NCBI GenBank assembly: GCA_964035545.1
Contig: OZ037773.1
Span: 7,469,751-7,533,750, forward strand
DNA: 64,000 bases
Reading direction: 5' to 3'
Source: Bugula neritina
Taxonomy: Eukaryota; Animalia; Bryozoa
The notes beneath the pieces are model-generated. The model worked only from the letters and a program-made list of their open reading frames with translations, was not told the DNA's origin and did not search any database. This document shows, in pieces, positions 1 to 12,813 of the stretch. Position numbers and translations under genes: made by a program. The first letter of the stretch is position 1. Each line of letters opens with the position of its first letter.

Positions 1-889
1 AACACCCGCAGTCCTCTGCCAGATGAATGAAAAGTTGGGCTACAAAAAGATGCTACCGTTAGCTATAAGTCTATATGCATTACATTGAGCTCAGTCTATT
101 TTATGCATCTTAAAGTGCTTAGGCTAATGGCATCATAAGAAACTTAGGCTATGCTCATTATATAACATATATGACCAGAATAAACTTGATAAGTTTGAGT
201 TATATGAGCAGAACTTTAAATAAGTTAGCACATGTAATCAAGTCTCCAAGGGAGGATAATCTTATCATGCGTATTTGTATCATTTGTATATATTGTAATA
301 TAGCATAAAATAGTAATACATTATATATGATGAAATAATATATTTGGAACAATGTACTATAATATAATATTTATATTATATTGTATTGTATTGTGTTAAG
401 CAATCAAAGTCTAGAAAAAATTGCTGGAATGCATTAAGAAGCTGCTGCAAAATTTAGTGCCTATAATTAAGATGCCTTAGTTACCTTTGCAATCCTATAT
501 GAATTGTAAAACACCAGAGAAAAACTGAGTACAAGCAACTTTTAAAAAAACTTTGTCATATGTTAGTCAGCATTTCAATGATTTTTGTTGCAAATGAAAT
601 TAAAAAAAAAACATTATTGTCAGTTTTAAAAGTGAAAAATATAATCAATTTTGTGTTTTATCTGTATACGAGCATAAATCAGGTTATACAAAAACCATTT
701 ATAACACTGATACTAGTTTGTTGAAAATAATTTTCACCAAAATTTACATTTCCGCCCATAAAACATGCATGTAAATTACATACTTATATAGGAATCTAGA
801 AACAGTAAAATTACAAGCTTTTATCAAACTTTTATTCTTTTATGTGTACCAATTTCACAATTGAATTTGAAAAAAATGCTTAAATTTGT

Positions 890-1190
890 TCAAATGTAGA
901 GATATAACTTACCAACATAATAGTACAACGAAGTACTAAAGCTTATACTCTTTGGACTAGAAGAAATTGATGGTCGAGAATAAAAATTGACAAAATGATC
1001 AAAAAGATTAGCAACACTGTAGTTACTTTTAACGTATCTTAGCAAATATATACTATAGTAAAGCTATAATCCAAAGCTATTTTCTGCTATTTCTTTTGCT
1101 ATATTATAGAGTCTACAATGTCTAGCTTATAGCTATTATTGTAAAAATAGCTTCACAAATGATGATATATATTATACAGATGATATAACT
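890..1190 (-). pseudogene. Decayed signal-peptide-exon region of the CSab peptide family (paralogous to 2645-2930)
   Basis: Phase-1-type donor TTG/gtaag at ~912 with the same intron start context as family members (compare 10061-10100). The hydrophobic codons lack an ATG. About 300 bp is visibly similar to 2645-2930. Confidence 0.3.
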
Positions 1191-1770
1191 AGGCCATAGA
1201 TAATATTATCATGCTTTTACTGATATAAAAAGAAAAAATATGTCACAAAGATATTTTACATTTCAATTAGTCACTTGAGGTGTTCGCTGTGACACATTGG
1301 CCAATGAAACTTGCACCCCTACCTTATCTGCAGTTTCCATTCTGTCCTGCTCATGTAGTGGGGCTATGGAACTTGTATAATATGTTGAGATGTTTCAACT
1401 GCCATAAATTTGTACTTTACAATTATTTTAGTTTATTATTACATTTAAAATGTAAAACTTTCAAAGACTTAGTATTTTTTATTCTAATTTTTCAACCCTC
1501 TTACTGAAATGCATTACTTGTCTGACCACTAAACCATAGATAGCCAACTAACACAGGTCTCTTTTCACTTTATGCCAGTGTGATGACTTCTGCCTTTACA
1601 CAGAATAGAACTGCAGAACTCCAACATGCAAGCCATTACAAATCATTACACTACAGGGGGAGGGGGGGGGGCTACTGGGAAACTATTGCATCGCAATCAA
1701 CATCTATGCATACCAAACCTTTCTGATTGAATTTTATAGTGTGCTGTTATAATTTATATGCATATTGGAG

Positions 1771-1950
1771 AGCAGCTGTAACCAAGGAGTTAGAGCATTG
1801 GCTCAATAAACACGAAATCATGGCTGGTTCGAACTCAGACAAAGGCCATTGGTGATGTTAGAAAGAGCATCTAGTCATAATTGCTCCTGTGCCTCATTAG
1901 AATATTAATGTCTTTAGTCTGCTTTAACAAAAACCTCTTCCTATAAACTT
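1771..1950 (+). mobile_element. tRNA-derived SINE, family 1
   Basis: tRNA-like head with B box GGTTCGAACTC, followed by the core CATTGGTGATGTTAGAAAGAGCATCTAGTCATAATTGCTCCTGTGC, which recurs on the minus strand at ~41250-41390. Confidence 0.7.
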
Positions 1951-2229
1951 CTGTAGGCTTTTTTTAAATTTATATGCATAGGTATATTGAGCATAAATTT
2001 GAGCCTTGGGTTATCCATTCGTATTGCAATCCATATAATTTGTGTTTATTAACCATTCATATTTTTTAAATTACAATTCTAAACTTTATTGATTCAATAT
2101 AAAATATCAACAAATTACACTAAAGTGATTTCTAAATAACCAAGTGTTACCATAACGAAAGCATGCATTGTATAAAATGCAGTTAGTAGTGAGTTGAAAT
2201 GTGATAGATCCACTTAAATAATCTCAGCT

Positions 2230-2710
2230 ATAATAATCCCCATTGGATGAACCAGGTGATAAATTGCAGTCTTATAAGCCATATGGCAATCGAGTTAAGT
2301 CTTTGCTGGGGTTCCCAGGCCAGTGCAGCTTTTTCAATATGGGTGGTGTTGGGGTCACCCGAAGTCATCATCAAAATAGACTGCAAAATTTCAAATACCA
2401 AGCTGCATTCCAAAATGCATAAAGATTTGATAAGCTTCATAATTTTACGAACATAAACTAAAAATTGCCTTGTTTAATATTATTTTAGCTGAAGAAAAAT
2501 ATTGTGGTAGCACATGTTTAGTTAGGTATATTATAAGATAAAAGGGGAATCTGGGAAAACTGAGGTAAAAACCTGTCATCAAATTTGTCTCTCAATTATT
2601 CTTGAATAATAATTTACTAACCTTCTGTAAAATTCTGGAATTTATGTAAATGTAGAGCTAAAGCTCACCAACATATTCACGTGGGATGCTATAGCTTGTC
2701 TTTTATTCTA
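2230..2710 (-). pseudogene. Decayed CSab/defensin-like gene
   Basis: Donor TG/gtgag at ~2668 and acceptor tttgcag at 2381. The phase-1 frame reads VYFDDDFG*PQHHPY*KSCTGLG..., with TGA at the two positions where the gene at 16458 has C-x6-C (SGCPQTVSKC). A further stop and a frameshift follow. Confidence 0.45.
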
Positions 2711-3227
2711 CCAAAAATAATTTAATGGATTTTTAAAATTAAAAAATACTAGCAGCACTGTTGCTACCTTTAACAGCTTAATAAATATATACTGGTAAAG
2801 CTATAACGTAGTGCTTTTTCTATGTTAGTGTCTACAATGACTAGCTTATAGTATGCTATTGTAAAAATAGCTTCACAAATCTTGCTGCAGTTAATATAGA
2901 TACGGTTATCATGCTTTCAAGGCTATGAAAATTATAGATATGTCTCACCCTTTTATATGCTGACCTGATTAAGCTGTTTTAGACTTGTATATTAACTTAC
3001 ATTTCTAGTTTATTATTATATACATCCATTGCTTTATTCTCTAACACGTACCTAAAATTTACTTTAGTGAATTAACTATAAATTTGTATCTCTCAGCTAG
3101 GTAAGCAAATATACTCCAGTTGTATTCAAATACATAAATTGCTTTATTTTCCAAGAAACACGTATTTCTGTAAATACAGACTTTGTAACTCCCAGAAATA
3201 TATGATACATAAACTGGCAGTCATTTC

Positions 3228-3643
3228 TTAATAATCTTCTTCAGTTTTAAAGCATGTACAGACTGAGAGAGTAAAGAGAGGCATTGAGTATCCTTTCCTC
3301 TTACAGTGTCTCCTGCACACACTTTTCTTTGTTGTGAATAGTAAAGCCTCCGCAGTCGAAGCTATATATTGAAAATAAATACTAGATATTTATCTGCAGC
3401 ATGAAAGCAAAATAGCATAATATCATATCATTCATGTGACTTTTTCGAAAAAGATAATGCAAAAATGGCAGCAATGTTAATAAAAATGCTTCAAAATGCA
3501 TTTTTTATAGTTTAATTTTATGATGTGGTACTGTGTAAACATAAACTGTATATTTTATTGTTGACATGAGAAAAACAAACTTTCTATTTACCCAATGAAA
3601 TGATGACAATGATTACAGTTACTAGTAAAGCAAGAAACTTCAT
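3228..3643 (-). CDS. Secreted CSab (defensin-like) peptide A, 4 Cys, 61 aa
   Basis: Exons 3643-3592 (MKFLALLVTVIIVIISL) and 3361-3228 (ASTAEALLFTTKKSVCRRHCKRKGYSMPLFTLSVCTCFKTEEDY*), joined by a canonical GT-AG phase-1 intron. Upstream non-coding exon donor at ~3929, TATA at ~3991-3997, CCAAT at 4037-4041. Confidence 0.85.
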
Positions 3644-3798
3644 AATGTATCTTCGGTCTACAAATATTCAAGAAAACATATTATATTTAGTCAGTTTATT
3701 GAAATGTTGCATACATGTGAATGAATTTTTATCATGTTTTGTCGACTATATTTATATATGTTTAAAAATAAGTTAACAAACAAAAATAACAAGTTAAT

Positions 3799-3817
3799 TT
3801 ATATATATATATATATA

Positions 3818-3883
<66 letters not shown>
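3799..3883. repeat. (TA)n microsatellite in intron 1 of peptide gene A
   Basis: Dinucleotide run seen directly. Confidence 0.95.
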
Positions 3884-3885
<2 letters not shown>

Positions 3886-5537
3886 TTTTTACATACTGAT
3901 TGACATTGAAAACGCATTTAGTTTCTTACCTGGCGTTAAACAGTGTTGAAGATACACGGTCTGAATAATATTAAAACACTTCCACTTATGTTATATATAT
4001 CTTTTGATTTTGATTATTTTATGCAGCTTTTAGTTGATTGGTCAATAGCTAGACTAACAAAGAGATGAAAAACAAGCATAAAAACTTATAGTGATGAGGC
4101 ATATTATGTAGATAGATACAGGACACTATTCTCTTGATTTTGTATGTAAATATATTACTTTCTACGTATGAACTGACCAAAACGTATCAATTCTTTGGAA
4201 ATTGTTATGGCAATATAATCACTTTTATTTTAAAATAATATTTAGGAAGGAATCAGTTAAATGTTGCTATTAGTCACAATGCAATAATGTTTTGTTTGTA
4301 GAGTATCTATTGTTTAGAAAAAAAGTTGTGCATGTCTTGTCACTCACATATCACAATTGATTTGAGGGTAATTATTATAAATATCAGCTAGAACAGTAAT
4401 GATTTTTACGTGCCTACAAAACTCTAGCCTGTATAAAAAGTAAAATTATCTACACATCTACGACAAAGTATGATGAAACACTCTGAATGCAGTTTTATTT
4501 CAACAATGCAACGATGCAATGCTCTGAATATCAAAGTTAAATTATTAAAGTAATAATATGATTTTCATTTGTATTGCATGATTTTAAATAGAAGTAGTAG
4601 AATAAATGATATTCATTTGTTATTGATTTAGTTTGTTTCGAAATATGTAATAGATTGATGATATCCTACCCTAGCAAAACGACAACAAAAATACAAAAGC
4701 AAGCACATGTACTTTATTTCAATTATGGTTGGAAATTTTTATTCTAAGCATAATTATGAAAGAAATAAAAAATATACAGTAAATTTTTTAGCACCTAAAA
4801 TTTTAGTGTTTAAATAAATTTTCCTTCAATCATTCTTCATATTTCATACCTAAATAAGTTAGCCAAGGCAGCTTCTTAAAGACCTCTCAAAGTGATTGCT
4901 GTTTCAGCTAATATTTATAATAACTAAACTAAAATTAGTTGTTATCAATTGACTAAATATACAAAGCTGTTTCTAAACAATACATACTTAACTAATAAAA
5001 CAATAATGACTTGTGATTAATAGTAAGAGTTAACTTCCATTTATCAATAGCTTTGTGAAGTTAGAAATGATTATATTTCCGTAATAATTGACTTTGAATG
5101 TCGTCAGTTTATACGTAATAAGTCAAAATATTTTATCAAACTTAAAATACTGCTGCCCTGTAGCTATATAGTACACCTTAACTGATTTAGATGCATGATT
5201 TTTCAGTATTCTTTAACGTCAGTCGACCTATTAACCAATCAACAGAATGCTCTGTGTAATAATTCAAAACAAAAAATACACAAAGTAGAAAATTTTCTGC
5301 TATTTATAAGTGTGTGTTTATAGTTTACAAGTTTACAGGTTTACAAGTTTTGTCTTTAATATAAAAGTCAAAACATTATAAGCATCATATCTTAAAATTC
5401 AATTAAATTTATACAAAATACAGTTTTACACATGTTCATTAATTTTTCTGCTTGTTCTACTGGTATTGTTTCATTAAAATAGTATGATCATATGGTTTTT
5501 CGAAATAGGTTCATATGTTCATAACAAATTTTAACAG

Positions 5538-5677
5538 CTACAATGGCAAAGGCTTAGAGATTCACATCAAAAGAAAGTGTGTGCAAGAGGCATTGTGATA
5601 AGACTGGGCATTCAAAACATAGCTTGTTTCTTGAATTCTAAAAATGTTTTCACACTGAAGAAGATTGTTTGACTTAA
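5538..5677 (+). pseudogene. Pseudo mature-peptide exon of the A/G (TEEDY) subfamily
   Basis: After the cag acceptor the phase-1 frame reads ATMAKA*RFTSKESVCKRHCDKTGHSKHSLFLEF*KCFHTEEDCLT*. It is colinear with gene G (18592) but has two in-frame stops, one replacing the first Cys of CxC. Confidence 0.85.
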
Positions 5678-6426
5678 AAATTGATTGCTGTAGCTTCTTG
5701 GAGATTACAAAGTTTGTATTCACTAAAATATTTTTCGACGTTATAAATGCTTCCTAAAAATAAAGCAACTAACTTATTTGAAAAACTTTTCACCTGAGTG
5801 ACATGATCACATTATACACACGCACACGCTCTTGCAATGCAATTTTTAAATGAGCTTTTGGATGTGCTTCAGTGCTTATAATCAAGTGAAAACTTAATTT
5901 CTTATTATCAGTAACATTGATGTTCAAGAATGCTGTTTATATATTATGTATATCAGTTTTTTTAATGAACCAGTTATAGTGACTCTAGTATTATTATATT
6001 ATATTTTTAGTTAATTGGAATTTACGTGCATCTTACAAAGTGCAGGGTGGGCGTTGTTTTACAACCAAGTTTAAATTTAGAGAAGATCAATAACACAATT
6101 GAGCTAAAGTTTCCAAACAATATAACAATATAAACTATTTGCATAGTGTATAGTGTAATATAGTGCACAAAATTCTTTGAAATACTTACTAATCAAACAC
6201 ATATATTGCAATCAGTTATTCCGTTTTATACCCTAAAACTCTAAATTGTCGCTATAATATATAGTATTGAATGATGATGCTAAAAATTGTTAAATGAATA
6301 ATTACTCATTTTATTACAGAAAACCTACAAGCATTACAAAATATTTTTGAAAATGTTCTAGAGGCAAAAACTTTTGAAGAAACTAGGATATTATACATTC
6401 GAAACTATCAAAAATGAATTTCAGTT

Positions 6427-6988
6427 TTAAGAAAGATATCTTATGTCTTGGTTGATACAGCGGCAACGTCCATCTGAGTATCTGTACTGAGTGTAACGCT
6501 TCTTGGTACAGTCAGAAGCGCATTTCCTTAATCCAGACCATCTGGGACAATGAGCTTTCACCACTGTAACTTTGAAAGTAATATTACTGATAATATATAA
6601 ATGCCAAACATTAGAATAAAATAATATTGTTGCTTCTGTGTTTGAGTAAATCAGCTTGATGGATATGAAGCATGTGGAATTAGTATCAAAACCCATAGAT
6701 ACTATTTTTATATGTTATCTAAGAGTTAAGCTTAAAATTTCAAGCTAATATTTATATCAGCGTAAAGTTCTATTTTATTATGATATAATATTATGTTATA
6801 TATAAAAATATATATAAGTATATAATTGCATGCAATGAGTATATTTAATAATAGCTAAAACTATCACTATTTTAATAAATATATGTAAACACAATAAATT
6901 ACTTTATGCCATTTGTATTTTTGAATGATTTTAACTCACTCAATGTGCTGGTGACCATCAAACAGATAAGGACAGGCAGGAATTTCAT
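6427..6988 (-). CDS. Secreted CSab peptide B, 5 Cys in mature region, ~63 aa
   Basis: Exons 6988-6940 (MKFLPVLICLMVTSTL) and 6569-6427 (alternative in-frame acceptor at 6563): TVVKAHCPRWSGLRKCASDCTKKRYTQYRYSDGRCRCINQDIRYLS*. Non-coding exon donor at ~7366, TATATAAA at 7440-7447. Confidence 0.85.
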
Positions 6989-9483
6989 ATTAATTTCTTT
7001 ATCTACAAACTTATATATAGTCAAAGATTATTTTAATGCTGCAGATTAAATCATGCTTTATGCACATAGCGAGAGTTGGTTATAATTTAAAAGAAAGTTA
7101 ATAGCAAATTTATAATCACCTCGAAATTTATTTTCTCGATGTTTATTTTATAGTCAACTTAATGAAGAAGAAAAGCTTTTATTATGCATATATGGCTACA
7201 CTAGATTCCATGTTTTACCAAGTTTTAACTAAGCCATTATTTTAAAAAACACATCCAATAGGCATTCGATCTATTTTGAATCTTCAAACTAGATACTATA
7301 ACTTCGTAAAGATACAAAATAATAAAATAAACTGAATAAAAAACATGATTCTATAACCGGACTTACCTGTATGTATTTTTTACAGTTGCTAGTAATGAGG
7401 GTATAAATGCTAGTGCAGTGGAGTAGACACAATTGAAGCTTTATATAGTCTTTTCAAAGATATATGTTGTCAGTTGGCTAATTCCTTTCAGGTGTGTCAT
7501 GAGGTGTAGACATTCAATGTCCTAATAAAACCTTATATTAAATTAGAACAGCTGTGTGCTTTAATATAATGCTTTTTTCATTGTTTTAATACTGCATGTA
7601 TATTGAATATGTATAAAAATGCAATATTGAATCACTTTAAAATTTCGGCTCATTTTGTGTCAACAGTATTTATTTAAAAATAATCAAAATTTGTGTACAC
7701 ACTCAAAACGAATACCAATAGAAATGTCATAATTTTAACAAATAAGTTTGCCTGTTTTTGAATCATGTAGCTACAGTAATTTAAAGAAGCCTTTTTTATA
7801 CTATGCCCATAAAAAAACATTAGCCTACTTCCCAGTTTATAATCGTTTTGGAGATGTGTTTTATAAGGGCATTGTCGACCAAATCTCATATATATAGGGA
7901 TTAGTCACACAACACAATATTTTATATAGATCTCTTGCAATACCTTTGCCTATCAACTTATAGGTGATATGGATAATCTAGAAAAATAAACATGAATCTT
8001 GGATTATATGACTAGAGTAGACTAAATTTACTTTAATCACAATTTTCTGTATAGCTAGGCTACTATAAAAACATTACCCGGCCTACAACAAAATTTTATC
8101 ATAAAACAGATAATGTATTATTACATTGATATAGAAATTCAGTTAACTTGAGTTGAAATAACGGACTATATTGCAAGTATTGTTTACGTCGTTGTGCAAT
8201 AAATAAGCGATAACCATGACCTATAGTTGGGTTTTTTAAATATAAATTAACAAACAAGCTGCAAAATTATTCCCATGTTTTTAGAAGTTTTAATGTTGTA
8301 AAAGCACTTGGTAGTCTGTTTAGAAGAGAGAATGCCGATAAGAGGGAAAGCGACAAATTTTTACCAACTATTCTATATCGCAAACTGAATTATATGTGTA
8401 TTTGAAAACAAAAACCAATGCAAAAATAATTCTCTTAGAATCAAACAGCTGAAAGGGTTAAAAATACTCCATTATGTTCTTTTATAATAAATGACAAAAG
8501 CATTTCAGTCAACATTCTATAACATCCAAATTAATAACTCAAACAAAATAAATGTTTTATACAACATTTTCTTTAATTTTTCAAAATAATATATTATCGT
8601 CACATGTGTCAAATGAAGATCGGTTACAAAAATATCTTACAATTTGAATGCTTTATCATATTATAGCTTATATTATAAACTATATAATGTAATAGTTTTT
8701 CTAGGGCCAACATCTTCACAATCACAACAACTGTGCAGTATATATAGTTTGCAAATTATTCTATTGAATATACAAGCTTTTCAGGTTTTTCAGACATAGC
8801 AGTTTATCAAAAAAAAAATAATTCAATGCATGATAAATATTACTTAGCTACATGTTTTGTGGAGTTTATGATTGAGTCAACAATTAAAATTAAATGTGTT
8901 TTTAGATGTGTACTAATTCAGGGCTTATAATAAGTGAAAACTTAATTTTTATTATCAGCAACATTGATGTTCAAGAATGCTGTTTATATATTAGATTAGT
9001 TTTTTAAGGAACCAGTTATAGTGAATCTAGTATTAATTATTATATATTTTTAGTTGACTAGAATTTGTATGCATTTTACCAAGTGCAGGGTGGGCATTGT
9101 TTTACAATCAAGTTTAAATTTAGAAAAGATCTTAATAACACAATTTAGCTAAAATTTCCAAACTATCAAACAAACGATTTGAACATTTTGTTTGATAGAG
9201 ACATTTGCGAGTGTATATAGTGCACAAAATTCTTTGAAATATTAATTTTAAAAATAAAGCGGATAATTATATATCAATTAGGCATTTGGTTTACCCTAAC
9301 TCAAAATTGTCACTATATAGTATTGAATAAGGATGCTGAAAATTGGTAAATGAATAATTACTCATTTTATTTTAGAAAACATACAAGCATTACAAAATAG
9401 TTTTGAAAATTTTCTAGAGGCGAAAAACTTTTGAAGACACTATAATGTTATACATTCAAAACTATGAAGAATAGATTCCAGTT

Positions 9484-10142
9484 TTAAGAATTAAGATGTG
9501 CTACGTCAAGGCTCCTGCAGCGGCATCGCCCGTCTAAGTATCTGTACTGAGCATGGCGTTTTGTAATGGCGCATTTAGCAGCGCATTTCTTTAATCTAGA
9601 CCAGCTGAAACAAGGAGCTTTCACCACTGTAGCTTTGAAAGTATAAATATTACTGATCATAATTGACAAACATTAAAAATTAGAGAGATGTTGTTGCTTC
9701 TGTGTTTGAGTAAATCAGTTAGATGGATATGAAGTATGAGCAATTAGTATCAAAACACAGAAACTATTTTTTGTATATTATCTATGTAACAGTTAAGCTT
9801 AAAGTTTCAAGCTAATATTTATATCACCGTGAAATTCTATTATGTTAAAATACAATATTATGTTATATATAATATATATATATAAATAATTGCATGCAAT
9901 GAGTAAATTAATATAATTATAGTTGAAAAAAGATCACTATATTTTCATATATTTTCATAATTTCATAAAAGTTATTTCCTGCCATCTGTAGTAGGAAAGA
10001 ATAAGGCAGTTGTGCAAGAGGGTTGGGTTGTCCTGCATGTGATGGTGGCATTGCATACATATAATTGTAAATGTAGTTTTTATAGCTCACCCAATGTACT
10101 GCATGTGACCATCAAACAGATAAAGACAGCCAGAAATTTCAT
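9484..10142 (-). CDS. Secreted CSab peptide C, 5 Cys in mature region, ~66 aa
   Basis: Exons 10142-10091 (MKFLAVFICLMVTCSTL) and 9632-9484 (ATVVKAPCFSWSRLKKCAAKCAITKRHAQYRYLDGRCRCRSLDVAHLNS*). Non-coding exon donor at ~10492, TATATAAA at 10564-10571. Confidence 0.85.
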
Positions 10143-10687
10143 AACAACTTCCATTATCTACAAACTTACAGTTAAAGATTATTTTAATGCAGATTCATGC
10201 TGACACATAGAAAGAGTTAGTTTCAAAAATTATTATCGTCATTTAAAATGAAGTCATTTGCAAATTAATTTATCTTCTTGATGTATGATTTATAGTTAAC
10301 TTATTGACTAAAAAATCTTTTATACTGCATATGACTGCTACTCATTGCTATGATTTACAAAGTTTCAACTAACCCATTCTATTTAAACCACAAATGATAG
10401 GCATACTATGTTGAATTTTAAAGGTAATTTTTTAACTTCATAACGGTATAAAACAAATGAAAGTAAAAACATGTTTCCAGAACCGGACTTACCTGTAGAT
10501 ATCTTTTACAGTTGCCGGTAGTGAGGGTATAAATGCTAGTGCAGTGAAATTAACACTGAGACCTTTATATATAGATGTATGTTATCAGTTGGCTAATTAT
10601 TTAAAGGTGTGTCACGAGTTATGAGCATACAATGTTCTAATAAAAAATCATTAAATAAGAGCAGCTGTGCCATTTAATATAATGCTA

Positions 10688-10790
10688 CTTCCATTGTGGT
10701 GTAATGGCTAGTGCACCTGCTTGCAAGCCGGAGGTCTTTGGTTTGAAAATTGGTGGGAGAAGAAGTTTTATATAGTGTTCTTCCCTGGTT
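10688..10790 (+). mobile_element. tRNA-derived SINE fragment, family 2
   Basis: A-box-like TGGTGTAATGG, TTGCAAG anticodon-like loop and degenerate GGTTTGAA B box. A related copy lies on the minus strand at ~20950-21055. It sits at the edge of the B/C duplication. Confidence 0.55.
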
Positions 10791-11284
10791 ACAAAATTTA
10801 GCACTATGCAAAGTTGATCGTAGACTACAAGTAGCTAAACTTGTAATATAAATCACACAACCTAAAGCTACTTTTACTCCATATGTGAGGTCTGAAAATG
10901 CAGTTGCTTCAAAAAAGTTGTACGTGGGTAGCCAATCAGATCTAATGTTCCAAGTTGTTGTTAATCATTGCATGAATGATTTATAAATTTTACCATTCAT
11001 ACATAAACCTTCAATTTGGTTAAATTGTTAAAATTATAGAATGATACTTATTCTCAATGTAAATAAACTAGGGAATGAAAAGATTGAGAGAAATCATGTC
11101 GTAGTAAAGTATTTTTATTTTCAGCTATGACAATTGATCTTATATAGAGCTCATAGAAATTTAATCTTGCCATTTAATAAGTTTAAGTATGTATTGTTTG
11201 GGGAACTAAATTATATAGTGGCTTAGTCAGTAACTACTTACCCTTTATTCATGCTTACCGTGTTGTACGCCGTAACAGCAAAGA

Positions 11285-11618
11285 TCAGCCATTTTTACAA
11301 ATTTTACAAATTTTACAAATTAAAAAACTCCACGCCGCCTTCACTGAAGCTATTAAACAATGACTAGCTAAAAACTTTATATAACTTATTGTGAACAAAA
11401 GGATATTGCAATAGATGCTGTTAATAATTATCATACTAAGAAATTAACTTCTTAACGATACAGTTAGAACTTGGATTTGATGCTTATATTTTATTGAAAT
11501 TAAATTAAATGTGTAAATATAAAGTATATTTTATAATTAAAATGATATATAATATTTTCTACTTACCTAATGAAGTTATGGAAACAATAGCTGTTACCAA
11601 CAAAGCAAGAAACTTCCT
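11285..11618 (-). pseudogene. Pseudogene of the A/G subfamily: start codon lost and mature exon disrupted
   Basis: Signal exon ~11618-11567 reads (AGG in place of ATG)KFLALLVTAIVSITSL G/gtaag. Acceptor at 11350 gives ASVKA, then unrelated sequence (WSFLICKICKICKNG*). Intron similarity to gene G. Confidence 0.75.
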
Positions 11619-12813
11619 ATTGACTTTGTGGTCTACAGGCATTTAGTGGAGTAAATTATTTGCTGAAAGCTTGCTGAAATATTGTACAGAAATAAGTTCA
11701 TTACTAATTTTTTGAAGCAAATTAAAAAAATATACCGTATATATGCAAAACAATTACAGCTGAATCCATGGTATACTCAAAAACATTTTTTTAGTAGTTC
11801 AAACTGTAGTGACTTAAGCAAAGGTGCAAAAAGAAATTTAGTTTCTTACTCACACTACAGCTATTATATATATACAGTATATATATACAGTATATATATA
11901 TATATATATATATATTATATGGTTCATATTACTTAATTTAGTACACAATGTACATCTCTAGTTTTTTGATTGTTTTTTCACAGTTTGGCTGCTAATGTAT
12001 ATAGTTTTTTAATTAAACTGATAAAATATCAACAAATACAACCGAACTAGCAAGTTTTTTTTCTCATTATTTTTGATTGTCTGTGTTTTATTCTAATTGT
12101 TTAGTAACATTGGGTGGGTAGTGAGATAAACAAGCGTAATATGATATTACTGAACTAAATTATATGCCTTTGAACAGTCAGAGTAAATGCTGAAAAATGC
12201 ACAATAGGAATAAAAGCTTTTGAGACTTGTTTGATGACTTTAACTTTTTTATGACATTTTAGAAAGCATAAAACTAATTTAACAAAAAAAATAAAAATCT
12301 TTTCCCAAAACGAGATACAACAAGAAAAGACTTTTTTATCAAAATGTATTGTTTTTTGCTACTCTCTCAACAAATTTTTTATTTAGTAATACTTTAATGC
12401 CTGTTGATGAATTTTAGATGCATTCCTTTTTATTTACTCTATTATTATTGGCAGCTTGAAATTATCTCACAATTATAATTTCTTCAAATCATGAGGGCCA
12501 GAATTGCATGATAATAAAACTTAGCATAATCACAAAACGGTGAATATATTTCAAAACTAAATTTAGCTATAATTTATGAAAAAACATACTAAAGCCATCA
12601 TTAAATAGCTTTATTTATAAGCATAAAGATAGACTAAAGAATAAGGCGCTTGTGTTCATATTGCATTGAATTTTATTGTGGAAAGCATGAAAACTACACA
12701 GAAAATAATCAACATCATAACTAATAATTTAAATTTACTTAAATGACTAAAAATTTTGTTAATTATAGCAGTGAGAAAGTCATGTTTAGGACAAGGTTAG
12801 ACAGTTTAGAACT

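Larger units (their letters stand above)
5850..10690. repeat. Tandem segmental duplication carrying peptide genes B and C (units ~5850-7580 and ~8900-10690)
   Basis: Colinear similarity of 3' flank, exons, introns and promoter at an offset of about 3.05-3.15 kb. Confidence 0.9.

Noticed and set aside
1271-1380. Possible further peptide relic (plus frame VRCDTLANETC...SCSC)
   Set aside because: No CxxxC, an early stop and no matching signal exon on that strand; insufficient evidence.
2295-2380. TGA at Cys positions read as selenocysteine or a variant genetic code
   Set aside because: The same frame has a TAA and a frameshift, neighbouring genes G and H use TGA as stop, and no SECIS was recognised.
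10688-10790. Functional tRNA gene (also 1771, 20950, 41250)
   Set aside because: Cloverleaf arms are degenerate and each has a diverged partner copy; better explained as SINE heads.
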